A stretch of DNA of 64,000 nt from Granulicella sp. (GTDB lineage: Bacteria > Acidobacteriota > Terriglobia > Terriglobales > Acidobacteriaceae). The stretch spans positions 35,831 through 99,830 of the forward strand of contig DAHWNL010000038.1 in assembly GCA_027339965.1 (NCBI GenBank). The letters are read 5' to 3'. Every line of letters starts with the position of its first letter. The first letter of the stretch is position 1. Shown piece by piece: positions 62,394 to 64,000 of the stretch. The notes beneath the pieces are model-generated. The model worked only from the letters and a program-made list of their open reading frames with translations. It had not been told where the DNA came from and did not search any database. A program made the translations under genes and the position numbers.

Positions 62394-63461
62394 TCAGGTC
62401 GCCGTCAGGGCGGCGCAAGGGGCCGCGGCCATGGAGCGGATTGCGTCCGAGTAAGGGGCGCGCAGAACGCCCCGCTCCGTGATGATGGCGGTAATGTATC
62501 GCGCTGGAGTGACATCGAAGGCGGGATTTTCAATGTTCACGCCATTGGGAGTCACCTGTTGGCCGCTGGAGTGCGTAACCTCGCGCGGATTCCGTTGCTC
62601 GATTGGAATCCCATCGCCACTTGCCGTCTCTTGATCGATCGTATTGAAAGGGGCTGCGACATAGAACGGAATGCCATGCTCCTTAGCTAGAATCGCTACG
62701 CTGTAGGTGCCGATCTTGTTGGCCGTGTCGCCGTTGGCGGCGATGCGGTCCGCGCCGACGATGACCGCTTGAATGCGACCCTTGCTCATCAGGTGACCGG
62801 CCATGTTGTCGCACAGCACGGTCGTGGGGATGGAGTCCTTCATGAGCTCCCAGGCGGTCAGGCGGGCTCCCTGCAGGTAAGGACGGGTCTCGTCGGCCAG
62901 GACTTCAAGGCGATGTCCGCGTTCCACGGCGGCGCGGATGACGCCCAGGGCGGTGCCATAGCCGCAGGTGGCCAGCGCCCCGGCGTTGCAGTGGGTAAGC
63001 ACCGCGCCTTGTTGGGGCAGAAGGTTGGCCCCGTGGGCGCCGAGGGCCTTGCACTGCGCGATGTCCTCGTCGTAAAGCCGTTTGGCCAGGGCGACCACCC
63101 GTTGCTTGATCTGGGGGATGGGCGTCCCGGCAGCCGCCAGACGAGTGTACAGGTCACGCACCTGCGCGATGCCCCAGAACAGGTTCACAGCGGTGGGGCG
63201 GGTCTCTGCCAGGGTCTTGCAGATGATCTCCACCTCAGCCGAGAGACTGGCCCAGTCGGAAGCCGTACTGCGTTCAATGCCGATGGCGACGCCCATGGCG
63301 GCCGAGACTCCGAGGGCCGGGGCGCCGCGGACGATCATGTCGCGGATGATAGCGGCGACCTGCCGGTAGTCTGTGGCCAGAACATAGGTCTCCTCAAGAG
63401 GGAGTTTTGTCTGATCGAGGAAGTTGATGCCTGCGGGCGTCCATTCAAAGGTGGGAATCAT
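62394..63461 (-). CDS. mtnA: S-methyl-5-thioribose-1-phosphate isomerase
   Basis: [53 protein letters not shown]. Confidence 0.96.
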   Translation of the reverse strand: MIPTFEWTPAGINFLDQTKLPLEETYVLATDYRQVAAIIRDMIVRGAPALGVSAAMGVAIGIERSTASDWASLSAEVEIICKTLAETRPTAVNLFWGIAQVRDLYTRLAAAGTPIPQIKQRVVALAKRLYDEDIAQCKALGAHGANLLPQQGAVLTHCNAGALATCGYGTALGVIRAAVERGHRLEVLADETRPYLQGARLTAWELMKDSIPTTVLCDNMAGHLMSKGRIQAVIVGADRIAANGDTANKIGTYSVAILAKEHGIPFYVAAPFNTIDQETASGDGIPIEQRNPREVTHSSGQQVTPNGVNIENPAFDVTPARYITAIITERGVLRAPYSDAIRSMAAAPCAALTAT

Positions 63462-63652
63462 GTCTTTCCCAGTTTACTGTCCGAGGCGTCCCCGCTTGCT
63501 TCCAGCTTTCTCCTTGCGGACAGATGTCCCAAAGAGAGCTTTGCGGCATCTCATCGATCGCATCGGGCAAAGATCTCTGGCGAGTTCCCTCTGGTCCGGG
63601 AATACGTCTGGGAAAAGCCGGTAACGCTGGTGGACAAGATACGCCGGCATCG

Positions 63653-64000
63653 GGTAGTGGGTCAGTTTGAATTGCGGGGCTTGTAAGGGCCGCGCTTCTT
63701 CGCTTGCGGCTCAGGCAATAGCGCCGCCAATTCCTCAACAGTCCAAACGTGGTCAGCCAATCCAGCTTCCATTGCTGGGGTCACGCGCAAGGTTTTGTGG
63801 ACGCGGCAGAAGTTGTAATACATGAAGTAGAGTGCGACGGCATGACCATGATTGTCTACCTTTTTCGAGAACCCGTTCGTGAGCCGGGTGAAGCGGCGCA
63901 TGGACATCCTCATCGTCAGATTCTGCCGCTCCACGAATGAAGTGCTGACATGCTTAGGGTCAGGTACACCGCTAATCGTCTTCATGTCGCAGCCGATGCA
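63653..64000 (-). mobile_element. IS1-family-like insertion sequence, one end (continues past window)
   Basis: Terminus GGTAGTGGGTCAGTTTGA at 63653 overlapping the transposase stop codon. Confidence 0.75.
63662..64000 (-). CDS. IS1-family DDE transposase, C-terminal part
   Basis: HVSTSFVERQNLTMR, RRFTRLTNGFSKK, YNFCRVH, TPAMEAG. Confidence 0.88.
   Translation of the reverse strand, partial: CIGCDMKTISGVPDPKHVSTSFVERQNLTMRMSMRRFTRLTNGFSKKVDNHGHAVALYFMYYNFCRVHKTLRVTPAMEAGLADHVWTVEELAALLPEPQAKKRGPYKPRNSN

Overview
GC-rich bacterial chromosome segment, almost entirely core housekeeping genes. Gene content and order (split atp operon, signal-peptide c subunit, lptE-holA, bshB1, Tat-exported glycosidases) suggest Acidobacteriota, probably Acidobacteriaceae; this is an inference. 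Contents: nucleoside salvage (deoA/pdp partial, cdd), PBP1B-like, proS, gltX, lysS, metG, AlaX-like editor, tilS, kdsD, ispD/F, ftsH, lptE-holA, priA, HU, dcd, lutABC, ligD, ymdB, atpZ-I-B-E, lpxL-lpxD, GH29/GH92, bshB1, yitJ-xseB, polyprenyl synthase, yajQ, tatD, mtnA and the end of an IS1-family element. No tRNA, rRNA or CRISPR recognised. Best leads: (1) an AT-rich, TA/CTAG-motif-rich non-coding segment ending in an intrinsic terminator directly behind an atypical orphan LuxR-type regulator (candidate regulator + sponge-sRNA module); (2) a full-length LigD with eroded phosphoesterase and ligase catalytic residues and no ku gene in the window; (3) a multi-hairpin RNA between atpB and atpE, positionally like the cyanobacterial ATPC motif; (4) a perfect FNR-type box ahead of lutABC; (5) many in-frame loop insertions in core enzymes. 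All calls come from motif reading by eye; no searches were run.
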